A DNA stretch of 63,318 nucleotides, counting the filler, from Sluysia triapertura (Eukaryota): assembly GCA_046118255.1 (NCBI GenBank). It is 5 parts of 5 records of this genome, joined end to end, with 100 filler letters (N's around TTAATTAATTAA, not from the genome) between each part and the next. Parts side by side here need not be neighbours in the genome. Positions count along the whole stretch, not along the records: positions 50,841 to 63,318 come from JBJNIA010105098.1; 4 more parts are not named here. The stretch is one strand, 5' to 3'. Both the position numbers and the translations under genes were made by a program. How positions within the stretch are numbered: the first letter of the stretch is position 1; each line of letters opens with the position of its first letter. Below, piece after piece: positions 51,725-63,318 of the stretch. Below the pieces are notes generated by a model. The model did not search any database and was not told the DNA's origin. It worked only from the letters and a program-made list of their open reading frames with translations.

Positions 51725-54700
51725 ATCGATTTTTCTTGGATGATGACTAGTATATAGACTAGCATCAATACAATGAAAATCGCCATTTTAGAAAAACAAA
51801 ATTTTCAATTTCATTCGGTTTAATGCGCAATTCGAGAAAATTGTGAAATTTTAGCATTTGTTCACAATTTTTCAGTTATCAATCGATTTGGAGACTATTG
51901 ACCAGACAATATCAATTTCCATTTTTGGCAATTTATATATGTTTAATGGCGATTTTAACTTTCGAAGTTAATATCATAAAACACAAGCAAATTTCATATT
52001 AAATTTATAAAGTTTTTAAGTTCCCAAATATATGGAGGGTTGAAATCTACTCAAACTATATTAGCACTAGATTAAACGCTCACGGAACTTTAATCTTAAA
52101 AATAATTATTTTTGCCTTCTTAATCTACTATCTTAATTGATTAGAATTTTTGTTTTTTTTGAAAAAAAGAATAAGTACTTTTGTGATGTTTAATTATTTA
52201 ATTAATACTATTGAGCGATTATATGACCCTCTACCATTAATTTGTTACATAGATATATTACTTTTTAGGTAATCTTTTAACTTCTTTGTTACAGAAGCGC
52301 CAACGATACGTTTTAAGACGTTTACTATAACGGGACCCTGCTCAAAAATATTTTGCCATAGGTTAGAATTAAGAAAAACCACGGCATTATCAATGTCAAG
52401 TAAACAAGATATTGATATTATATTATACGTTTATTATATTATTTATCAACTTCGTGTCAATTAAACACGAAGTATATTATACGTTATAATTTTGTTCAAA
52501 ATTTGATGAGAATGTCATTATCGTTATTTACAGTCACTAAAAAACTATAATAAAATGTTTTAGGATGTTGAATAGGAGAAAAGTGTCATATGTTTAAGAC
52601 TTACGTGATTTAAAGTGAAAATTTTATTAACTTTGTTATGAGTAAATGTTCTGTTATGGGATTATCTTTATAATAAAATTGACCATAGATTTATGTCTTG
52701 TTTAATCAAGGAAAATTTTAACAGGTACGAAATTATGAATTTTGTTAAAATAAATTGGATTCAGATATTTTTGTTCTCGAATCTAATGTGATCGTACGAT
52801 TATGTGACTTCGTTGACATTCACAAATACCAATGTAAAACTTAGAAATATTTACGAACGAAAGTGCATATGAATATGACCAAATGTTATAAATTTAATTG
52901 TTGTATAACTGATTCAAAAATTCATTTTTCCAATTCGTTAATACCGAATTCCTTTTTACACCGCTTTTTATTGTGCAATATTTTGTGTGAATAAAGGGTT
53001 ATTGTAAGCCTTATATTTTATATCATTATGGCGCGAAGAAAAATATATTGCAATTATCGGATTATTATTATTATTATGAGATTTATAAATTAGAATTTGA
53101 CAATTATTTTCGATATGGAATTGAGTACAATATGTCATTCCATATTATTAGTTATCCGTACCTAATTCTGGATCGTTTCTTTAACTGGTACAATAAAATT
53201 AATATTTCCTTCCATTATATTTCATACGTTCAGTTTAGCTTCTAGAATCTTACTAAGTACTCAAATAGTATTAAGTGAACTTCAATTTCGCTATCAGGAA
53301 TTTAAAATTGTTAGAAATAAATAATAAGATTGTAGAAAATTTCATTTTATTTGATAAAAATGAAAGAAAAAGGGTGTGATTAATTAATTACGTTGATGAA
53401 TAAAATTAAGTTAATTAAAATGTATCATTATCTTATACTTTTTTTGTATCAAATCTACCTCATTGCATTAAAAAAGCGTTTTAACTATCAGTAATAGAAC
53501 TTCATAAATTTATACTTTAATTTTCTGCTATTTTATTTACATATCATATCTCTGAGAAGTACATATTATTTTGTAACTTATTCCAAATCTTAAACTAGAA
53601 AAACGAAATTATGTTTAAACACAGAATTTCTTATTGTTATTGTTATTTCAATTATTTTAAAAGAAAATCATTAAAATTTTTTGAAAAATTAATTAAAATG
53701 ATACAAAACAAAAATCATTTTTTATCTAAAACTAGGATTTTTCAAATTTAAAAAGTAAATTTCAAATTAACATTTAAACATACAATGTTCTACAAGTATA
53801 AATTTTAAACTGATATAACATGAGAAATATTCATCCTACCATTAGTTTAAATATTTGTGCTTTATTTAATTTAATTGTATTGTTTACTTGAATGTCAATA
53901 AATTGAAATACATGGCTTATTTCAACATTATTGAAAAAATGGGAATCACAGGGCAGATATTCGTAAAAGTTATGCGGAGTGGTAGAGTTTGACATTAGTA
54001 ATGTAAAAAAATGGTATAAAGATATTATAGAGGATTTAATGATGGATGTTTAGATCACAAAGACAAAGACTGACGAGGGCAATTTTAGAAGTTTAAAAGA
54101 TTGGAATTTATTAATGAAAATTTTGTGTAAATTTCGTCAGTTTAAAACCATTAACGAAAAATATCAACTTTTAATAATTGAAGTTTTTTTAAAGAAACAC
54201 TAATTAAAAGTGTTTAATTAGAAGAGCACTTGACTCTAATAAAACAACAATAAACAAGCGTCTAAATATGGAACAAATGAGGTTGATTCGTTCACCTCAT
54301 GAGAATCACCGATTTTTCTACAGCTAAAACATTCTTTCTTTAAATTTACCAATAATGAACGAAACATAGGCGTTACATTCTGATATTTTGGCACGATTTA
54401 TACAAAATGATTAACGATATCATTGAAGTAATGATTTAATATTGTACGTAATCTAATTAAAATTTGTTCAGCTAATTTTAAAGTTACTAAATCTTTCATT
54501 TTTCTGATTTTTTAAATTCAACAGTACAATCAAAAAAACAATCAATTTCACTATCTAGAGACAAAACATGTTATCAGATTTTGATTATTGATATAATCTT
54601 GACAATTTGCGACATCTAATATAGCAGATTCATTAAAAATTTTGCAGGTGTTTTTAAGTGATTGTAATTTAGAAGTTTATCTGATTTAATTAAATTGATA

Positions 54701-55484
54701 AATAACTTTGAAAGTCAATATCTTGTGGATTGATAGTTACAAATTTTAATTTAATTTTTACTGTAGCTAGGTTACTTTTAATATTGATTAATTTAATTTA
54801 AATAATTCAATTATATTACTTTTTATCAAAGAAACAGCATCATTAACGCCTTCGACCTACGAGATAACTTGTAGTAGGCAGTGAACGTGTTATATTTAAG
54901 CTCTAGAACATTAATATCATTTTCAATAAGACATCGACACTGAACTCTTGCATTTCTCATTTGCTTTGCACAATTTTATAAATTTGACTGTTCTTCATCT
55001 TTTAGTTTTAGTTTTAATTCATAACTTTTTTGGTTAATGTTATTAATTTGTGGTAATATTGTCATTTTTGGTAATTGTATCTTTATGTTGATGAATCAAC
55101 AAAATTAAATAGTTTTTAAATTAAAAACTGAATAAAATTGACGATACGAATAACTAATACAGTGTCTTGAGCATCAAAATAATTATTGCAAGCGTATATG
55201 AACTCTTCTTTTGCTTTCTGTTTCACTATTGTTCCCATTTAATTCATTTGTAGTACTGATTTTTGATAAATGAATATTGACATTTGTATTATTAATAGAA
55301 TTTATAGAAGTTATATTATCATTATAGCATCATTTATTTTCATCAAATTGAGTAGTTATTCGTGATAAATGTAACCCAGAATCATCTTTATTAATTGGCA
55401 TAAAATCTTCAATTATTGATCGTAATAATTTTGTTAATTGTAATGCATTGTGATTAAATAATGGATCACAGAAAAAAGGGTATT

Positions 55485-56320
55485 TGTAGTGGTCAACATT
55501 TATAACTTACAATTTAGATACAACTATTTTAAACCTAATCTCATTAAAATATCATTTTCTCAACAATTATATCTTTACTTTACAACTATATCATCACAAA
55601 TGATACAAAACATTCCACAATCACAATACCTCACTAACTTATATTCACCAACAGATCAAATTGTGTCTCAATCATTTCCAACTTAATAAACTTCTACATC
55701 CAGCTCAAACAATTCATAACATTTACTCACTAAATACTTCATCAAACAAACCACAATCACAACATAAACTTCACAATTCACAAATATGACATTCAAACAA
55801 CATTAACAATTACCTCAGAAACATAGGCTACCTACTACTAAATCCTCAATCAACGACAACAACTTAAACTCATTTCATGTATAAACATCAAAACAAATAC
55901 TCGTAACATCATAATAAACATTAAAACCTATTTTGCAATCATCAGTCAAGATCAAAATAACTTCAACCTTTTCAACAAGCATTTTAAACTTAAATCTTTT
56001 AATAAACATTTTAAATCTAATGCATAGATCTTGTCCTCAAATTACTAGCTTCAATAAATTATAATAATTTATTTTAACATTTTTCAATTCAGTTACAGCT
56101 CTAACCATTACATTTCTAAAATAAAAATTAAAAACAAGTTCAAGATAACTTCAAAGAATTCATTAGCTAACTGTGAAACAACACGAAAGTCAACACTTAC
56201 TGTACCTTATCACAGTTTATCATTTACTCTTTTTCTTCTATTTTATTTTTATGTCAGAAATCAAGATAAAGACTAAGAAAGATCTTGTATTTCAAAGTTT
56301 TTAAAAAATTAAAGATTTAT
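55485..56320 (+). mobile_element. Arm A copy 3
   Basis: Starts TGTAGTGGTCAACA, identical to the 24642 terminus; colinear with the other two A arms; extreme G depletion. Confidence 0.85.
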
Positions 56321-56506
56321 GCTTTATTTTTTTATCTTCTAATAATAATAACAATAATTTCACCATTTTTGTTATTGTTATTATTATTATTTTATAATAA
56401 TCAATACAGTCTTTATTATTATTTCGCCATCTTGTTTTTGGTTATGTAAATAAAAATTAATTAAAATATAAAATAAATTGAAAACAAGATGAATAAACCG
56501 GTTGCT

Positions 56507-56700
56507 ACCAGTATCAACACTGAGAGTCAATGTTACGTCGACATTGAGCTGTCAGTCTTGATGATGGTCAGCTGGCAGTTCTTATTCTTCTCGATCTCGT
56601 TTACTTGATATCAACCAATCAGATCGCTCCACAACACAAAATACAAAATTAACAAATTATTCACATCAGATTGGGTGAAGCAATTAAAAAGTTTTAATAC
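56507..56700 (+). promoter_or_regulatory. Hairpin + inverted CCAAT module of cassette A3
   Basis: Imperfect hairpin 56507-56568; CCAATCAGA at 56615; GATTGGGTGA at 56669; TAAAAAGTTTTA core shared with the B1 TATA region. Confidence 0.6.
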
Positions 56701-56831
56701 ACAATAATTAATTCAAAGAGTACGAAAACAGAAAAAATTTTATTATAATTGACTGGAGCTAAAAAATTAGAGAAATTAGTATACTCAATAAAAATTTTCA
56801 TTTTTGCATTTCCAAGTGGTGAATTATTTTT

Positions 56832-57983
56832 TTGAACGAATTCATCTACAATTTTCGATTTCACGAAGTAGTAGTGAACCTAATGATAAAGCAATTTGAT
56901 ATACATGAAAATCAAAATCTTATAAAGTTCATAAAGATTATCGAATCAATAATTCCTTTTAGAATAATATTATTAGACAATTACGAAGTAACGATAAAGC
57001 GATTTGATATACATGAAAATCATAATGTTATAAAGTTCGTAAAGACTATTAAGTTTTTCAGGTTAATGACTTTACCTGATACAGTTTTATCAAGTAACGA
57101 TGAATTTAAAATTAATCAAGCAAATGTTCACAAGAACTGTGACGTTACAAAAATTGTAAAACTAACAATCTCTTTTTACACAATTTTACTAATTGATTTT
57201 CAATTAATTACGAGAGAACAAATATTGTCGAATAACTCCGTTTTACGAAATAATGATAATCTCACGGAAAATAAGATCAAAACCCGTGTCCAATATTTCA
57301 TTATCGAATCAATCGAAAGGAATGATAGTTTTCATCGATTAGTTTGTAGTCGAGAGTACAATCTTACGTCATTTATGAACTATAACCTTCATAAAGAAAA
57401 TCTTGAAGGAATTAAGGCAGGTATCAACCACATCTCAGTATACTTATCTCAAGGTAATGTTTTTGTATTAAAATTATTTTATTGTAACTATTACGTCGGT
57501 TATAGACTTATCATTTATAGCAGTTTTATTATTTCAGAAACTGACACAATGAGGATCCTGAAAAGGAGGAGGTGTATAGAAAAAGTTTCAAAATTCAAAA
57601 ACATTTTTATTCACATTGTAATATATAGTCATTATTGTTACTTTTACGAATTTGATTTTAAACCTGTAAAAATAAGAAATAATCCTGACATTTCATCAAT
57701 TTTCAATACATCGAAGATAAAATTTATAGATAAAATTATAATGACAATAACCAACACTCATAAAATCTGCATCAGACACAACGATAAAGTTTCTAATATA
57801 AGCATAAAATTATGTTCAAGAGTCATCTATATGATGATAACAAATGTAATAAGCCCTTTTTCTCTCGAAAACTTAACAAGTTTTTGTAGACAAATCAAAA
57901 TTTGCATAACAGATAACAAATATATCAAATTAATATCGAATGAAATTAAATACAAGGCCATCCGAGACAAAAATAGGTGTTAG
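56832..57983 (+). CDS. Intronless 383-codon orphan ORF with three N-terminal ~40-aa repeats, cargo of cassette A3
   Basis: Uninterrupted frame, very unlikely by chance at this AT content; track start is TTG, first ATG ~56883; repeats IKQFDIHENQNLIKF / IKRFDIHENHNVIKF / INQANVHKNCDVTKI. Confidence 0.6.
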   Translation: MNEFIYNFRFHEVVVNLMIKQFDIHENQNLIKFIKIIESIIPFRIILLDNYEVTIKRFDIHENHNVIKFVKTIKFFRLMTLPDTVLSSNDEFKINQANVHKNCDVTKIVKLTISFYTILLIDFQLITREQILSNNSVLRNNDNLTENKIKTRVQYFIIESIERNDSFHRLVCSREYNLTSFMNYNLHKENLEGIKAGINHISVYLSQGNVFVLKLFYCNYYVGYRLIIYSSFIISETDTMRILKRRRCIEKVSKFKNIFIHIVIYSHYCYFYEFDFKPVKIRNNPDISSIFNTSKIKFIDKIIMTITNTHKICIRHNDKVSNISIKLCSRVIYMMITNVISPFSLENLTSFCRQIKICITDNKYIKLISNEIKYKAIRDKNRC

Positions 57984-57991
57984 ATTAACGC

Positions 57992-58840
57992 CTACAAAAA
58001 AACGTTTGCAAACCAAAGACACCATACGTATGTCGTTATTAATTCAGAAAAGTTTGCTAAAAGCATAATAATTTCATTGTACGACACGCCATGGAGTATT
58101 AGCTCTCGTTCTAATACATCTTTGAAATCTTTCCATTGTAGATAATCTACACAATCAGCGTTATCATTATACAATTTAATTTTACGAATAGCAACTATGT
58201 AAAGTCGATTTTTACAATTCAAAAATTTTCTAACTAAGGTTTTAATACTTGGTTTAGCAGGTTTAGATTTTCCTTTATCATTAGTGAGAGTTAGGTCATT
58301 TAAGCTTTTGTTCATACTACGTGCAGGACTTGCTGATAAATGAGAACCATTAAACACATTATGTTCTTCTGCATGTTTACGTTCAACTTCATAATGATAT
58401 CAATTTGTATTTTTCAATAAATCAATCTGCCTTTTAATTTTAGAATCAATAATAAGCCTAATATTTTCATCTTGAAGCCCTTGATAATTAACAAATTTTT
58501 CTAAAAAAATATCATTTTCAATTTCAACCGTAAAATCAGTTTTGTCATTATCATCACAATCGCGCATGGTTTGATTATTATTATTATCGTTTCCATTCAT
58601 ATAGTTCTTAATACATGTATACATCTTGTTAGAACTAGAGCTTACTAATTTTGTCACATGTTTTGAATCATAATTTTCTTTAACAGCTAACTCAATATCA
58701 TTTTCAGTGTATTCACAAACGGATGAATGATCTTCAATATCAGGCATGGTTATAATTCGTGGTAAAACAGATGCAGCACTAGAAGTAGTAGTTATAGAAT
58801 CACGGACATATTTTCGTTCATAATGATAATAAGTTGTCAT
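57992..58840 (-). pseudogene. Intronless ~282-codon orphan ORF with one in-frame TGA, cargo of cassette B2
   Basis: ORFs 58400-58840 and 57992-58357 are in the same frame, separated only by TGA at 58400-58402. Confidence 0.6.
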
Positions 58841-59006
58841 ATTAGTAAAATGATTATGATATCGACACTTTGATTTTTTAATTATGTTTTAATAAATTAT
58901 ATATAATTTATTTCACGCCTGTAACGGATTTTATTTTTAATCTCTTGAAACGTAATTTTGTAATTAATTTTTAATGTAGCTAACAATTTCTGTTGTAATA
59001 TCTTCT

Positions 59007-59076
59007 ATGATTGGGTGTCCAGTAAAAGCAACTAACAGCAAAATACAAAAATAGAATTGATTGGACGTCCAATCAA
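59007..59076 (-). promoter_or_regulatory. CCAAT module of cassette B2 with a perfect 20-bp palindrome
   Basis: TTGATTGGACGTCCAATCAA 59057-59076 and GATTGGG ~59009-59015; homologous to 8831-8892. Confidence 0.65.
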
Positions 59077-59489
59077 ACCAACTGCATCAGTCTTAATTAA
59101 TAATTATATTGAATAAATACATGCCTGCACCATGCAGCTATAAACAGATGACAATTGAGAAATGGTGACAAGTGATTCAATTCATGTAGTTGGTAACAAC
59201 AAAATCAATTTTAGTACAAATGATCTGTCTAGATTGACAGACATGAAATTAAATTTTATGTGCAACTAAGAATGATGATAATAATAATGCTAATGATAAT
59301 AATTATGTACAATAAAATAATAATATAAAATAAAATTTTCACATAAACCCTATTCTTTTCTTTACATGATCTTTTAATTCTTTAAAATAAAAATTTCTTA
59401 AATAAAATTCTTTTGGCTTAAATTGTTTAATTTCTTTTCTTTATTTTAATTCTTAAGAATTCTTTAAGATATAAATAAAATTGACTTAA

Positions 59490-59880
59490 ATAAAATTCTA
59501 TTTTGATTAGAATGTTTAAAATGGTTTTAAAATGTGAATTTAATGTTTTTCGCTGATGTTAATGATTGAGTTTTGAAGAATTGTGAACTTGAAATGTTTT
59601 GGATTAATTTTGAATAGTACATTTGATAATTTGAGATGTAAATTGAAGTTCTACTGTTGTAAAATTGTGCATTAAAATATTTTAAATGAAATTTGAAATG
59701 TACATTAATGGTTTCGAATGTAAGTATAATTTTAATTTTATGAGATTGTGGATTTAAAATGTTTTGAAATGTAAAAAGGTTTTAATGGATCTGAAAAAGT
59801 AAAAAAGTAAAATGTTAGTAAATGTGATGTCTCAAGTAAAATAATGATTTAAATTTTAAATGAAAAGGTTGGCCACCACA
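59490..59880 (-). mobile_element. Arm B copy 2
   Basis: Minus strand begins TGTGGTGGCCAACC at 59880; colinear with 62470-62829 and 8017-8330. Confidence 0.85.
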
Positions 59881-60239
59881 ACACAATATAAAACATAGTA
59901 AAATTATTATTAGAACATATTTAATCAAATACATAATATAAATATCAACTAGTTCATTTTTAAAAAAATCGATACGATAAATTTTATTATATATTTCCAA
60001 CGCTATTAATTAATATTAATTTTAATTTGTTTTATATAATTTCACGTTAATCATTCATTTATGAAGTGCTAATAAATACAAATATGAAAATTTCAATATC
60101 TTATAAAGAAAATAAATTTATAATTTAAAGGTCGTTTAGATCATGTTTCACAGATGAACATTTATCAGTAATTCAAATCAAATATCAAATCAAATGAATT
60201 AGATTAAAATATTAATGTTAAACTTAATTGAAAAAGTTC

Positions 60240-61086
60240 ATCTTAAACGGCATTTTTTGTAGAAAAAGTTAATAAATATGTTAAATTGTCGTTGATTAAC
60301 ATACGCATCCATCAGTAATTACATTTTCCACAATTTCATTAAGAAATAGTAACGAATTGAAATATAGTTGTAGATGACGACATGGCAATAGAGACGTAAT
60401 TTGGATTGGACAGTTGTGAGTAATTTGCTCCTATTAATAGTTTCAGTATATTGAAGTCGTCGATAAGAGATCGATGTGAATTTTTTAAAGTTACAATAAC
60501 ATAGTCCCATTACTTTTGATGATACAATCAATATATTGTCTTTCTTTTCCATTAAATGACGAGTACTTTAATCAACCAATGCTTCTAATTCATTGCATAT
60601 CTTATAATAAGTAGGATATTATTGAATATATTTGATCTCAAATGAAACGACAATATTTGATTTCATGGTCAATTTATAAAACCAATTACTAGAAGAATGT
60701 CGAATTTAGCATAGAAGTAAATTGACCAGATTCACACATACAAACAAAAGAGTAAATAGAAGATAAATAATATAATTATTATATGTTTTAATATGATGTT
60801 AATGATATTGTGATATTATAGGAATTATTATATAATAGTCATAATGATGACAACAATACTATAATTATTATATATTTTGATACGATAGTGTTGCTGATGT
60901 GATATTATTTTAAGAATTATTATTACAAATGGATTTATAATATAATAACCATAACTCGTGACAATTGTGTACAATGTCTAGGTTTGTCTTTTGAATGAGT
61001 CAAGTAGTTTATTTGGTATTCTGTGTATGTAAGAAATGTTCCTGTGTGATGGAGTGTGCTTGTGATTTTGACGTGATTTCCCTACA
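60240..61086 (-). mobile_element. Cassette G: short G-poor arm and decayed single-frame ORF
   Basis: Minus strand begins TGTAGGGAAATCACGTCAA at 61086; one frame from ATG ~60739 through ORF 60319-60552 with a few in-frame stops. Confidence 0.4.
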
Positions 61087-61109
61087 CTGTCAAACTTCAT
61101 TAATTACCA

Positions 61110-61410
61110 AAAATAGAAATTTGATTTATTATCAACCATCATTTCTTTTTATTCTGCTCAATTTATTTTTAATTAAATTACTTCTCACATTAAAATAACA
61201 ATCAACAATAACATACATAAAAATAATGAATTTAATCTCACTTTTTAGGATTCAATTGATTTTAGATTTTTCACACCCAATTTTCTAATGAAAAATATTT
61301 TAAGGTTCTTATTCTCTAACGAACCGTTTTATAAACATTTCGAACTCACTTATAGATTATTCTCTTTCATAGCAATCATCTCATATTCCGTTCATCATAT
61401 TCAACATTCC
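61110..61410 (+). repeat. Dispersed repeat H, copy 2
   Basis: Colinear with 43750-44066. Confidence 0.75.
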
Positions 61411-62135
61411 ATAAATAAAATTAATTAAAATTTGACTTTTCTCAATATTAAGGCTTTCCTTGCATACACAATTTCAAATTCAACATAGCATTCCGTATTC
61501 AAAAGTTATTCATAAAAACGTACTTTTTCTTAATTAAGTTAGTTAAGATTTTAATTAATTAATCTATTTTTAGACTTAATCTTATTATATTTTTAGAGGT
61601 TTTATTAAGATTCTAAATTTTTTTAGTAGTTTATAAGGCATTCAAGAGGCTCTAGATGTTTCCACTTTCACCTCTCTGATTCCTTCTTCATGTTAATTGT
61701 TACTATAATAAACTTATTGTTAATACTAATAACAACGATTTTATTTCTCAACTATTTTAAAGATTTTAGATACTTTATAAAATTACTCGAAGAACCTGAC
61801 GCTTATCAAGGTCCCAATGTTCACAAGCTCTAAGGTACTCTAATACCTTCAAAGATTTTTCAAGTCCATTTCAAGCTTCCACAAGATCTCAACACCTTAT
61901 ATGGGTCTTTGAAATTCTAAGGTATTCTTCAGCTGCTAACTTTATTATAAATGTTTTTACTTTCATGATTCCCACTCCGACAATGCTTATGATGCTCAAT
62001 CTATCACTTCCTATCAACTCTTCCTTCATTTTGTAATTCTATATCTCTTACCCATCTCCTAATTCACAGTTGGACAATCGCAACATCAAATCCAACAAAC
62101 AAATCAAGTTACAAATAAATTCACATTGATCTGAT

Positions 62136-62829
62136 TGTGGCGACATTTTTAATTAGATGTTGGGTTTCAGATCCTTAATTTTAATGCATATGAGACTATT
62201 TGATAACATAAGAACAGTGAAGTTATTTTTAGAGTATTGAAATAGTATTGTTAATGATAAATTATAATTTACAGATATTGAGTTATAAAAATCCATTGTA
62301 ATATTGAAAAAATGTTTGATAAATTTTATCTTAAAACTTTTTATTTTTACTTTATTAAAATTGCATTAAAAACAACAATGTAGAAAGAATTGATAAAAGA
62401 ATGCTTAATGAAGATAATACATACCTAAAGATGTTAAAGAAATGTCATTTTGATTGCAATGTTTAAACTGATTTTGGAATATGGTTTCAAAGTTTTTCAC
62501 TGATGTTAATGGTTGAATGTTGAAGAATTGTGAGCTTGCAATGTTTTGGATTAAAACTTGAAATACATATTTGATAATTTGAGATGTAAATTGTGATTCT
62601 AATGTTATAAAATTGTGGATTAAAATGTTTTGAATGAATTTTAATGTACATTATTATTAGTCTGAATGTGAATATAATTTTAATATTATAAAGTTGTGAA
62701 TTTAAAATGTTTTGAAAAAATAAAAATAAGGTTTTAATGGATATGAAAGATAAAATGTAATATGTTGGGAGATATGATATTTTATGTAAAATAATAATTT
62801 TAATTTTGAATGAAAAGTTGGCCACCACA
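62136..62829 (-). mobile_element. Short cargo-less TG...CA element containing arm B copy 3
   Basis: TGAT|TGTGGCG at 62136 ... GGCCACCACA|TTAT at 62829 (3/4 TSD match); arm B homology 62470-62829. Confidence 0.6.
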
Positions 62830-63318
62830 TTATTTAATAAGTAATATTATTAAAATGTGACAATGATATAAATGTACTTTCTGCCCAAAATTTCTATCAA
62901 AGATTTAACAGGCTTTTTTAACTTTTGATATTTTATACATCAAGTTAATGTTCAAAATATAATAATGAAATGTATAATTTTTTAAATATTGATATAACCT
63001 CTGCCAATGAAAAAATGTGCCAACAACAAATAAAATAATCGCTTATAAGTTGGACGAATTAATTTTAAATATATAAATAGCTTTGTCAATTTCGCCAAAA
63101 CTCGCAAGTTTAATGAGCTTTATTTTTTCAGTGCTGCACAAAGTGATTTAATAATCGAACTAAATTATATGGTTTACAAAATTTTATCAAATATTTACGT
63201 AATTTTGGAATCTCCGTAGTAACGCAATAAAGTATTAATACGTTTGCGTAATCAAATTGTTATAGTCGCTGGTTCAGGGTTGTTCAACGTCGTGATAAAG
63301 AGAAAACAATTCCTTATA

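Noticed and set aside
58400-58402. TGA recoding or alternative genetic code
   Set aside because: Other cargo ORFs are broken by TAA, TAG and frameshifts as well; ordinary decay is simpler
55485-59880. Endogenous densovirus or MuDR element
   Set aside because: No SF3 helicase/HUH, capsid PLA2 or DDE motifs visible; no long TIRs or 9-bp TSD
62487-62828. ORFs inside arms (also 55489-55686, 59815-60000, 7111-7296) as proteins
   Set aside because: Frames are not preserved between homologous arm copies; compositional artefacts

Overview
Very AT-rich animal (metazoan) nuclear DNA with tiny GT-AG introns (31-64 nt). The style suggests a reduced parasite genome such as an orthonectid, but that is only a guess. 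The window is five contigs joined by 100-nt spacers (44 N + TTAATTAATTAA + 44 N), so adjacency across spacers is not trusted. Two conventional host genes are recognisable and lie head-to-head: a myophilin/transgelin-like calponin-homology gene and a CEP128-like coiled-coil gene. The rest is mostly repeat-derived: L2-type, R2-like (RLE) and Tc1 remnants, piggyBac-type ends and microsatellites. Two less usual systems stand out. (1) A miniature LTR element has a ~157-bp LTR containing a tRNA-like Pol III cassette; a full copy shows a PBS and a solo LTR has a perfect 4-bp TSD (Helenus/Cassandra-like). (2) About ten related cassettes start with a TGT(G/A)GTGG-type terminus and a strongly G-depleted arm. 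In the A and B subfamilies a CCAAT-box promoter module follows (with a conserved hairpin in A). Nearly all then read into an intronless orphan ORF that differs in every copy. All calls were made by eye, without database searches.
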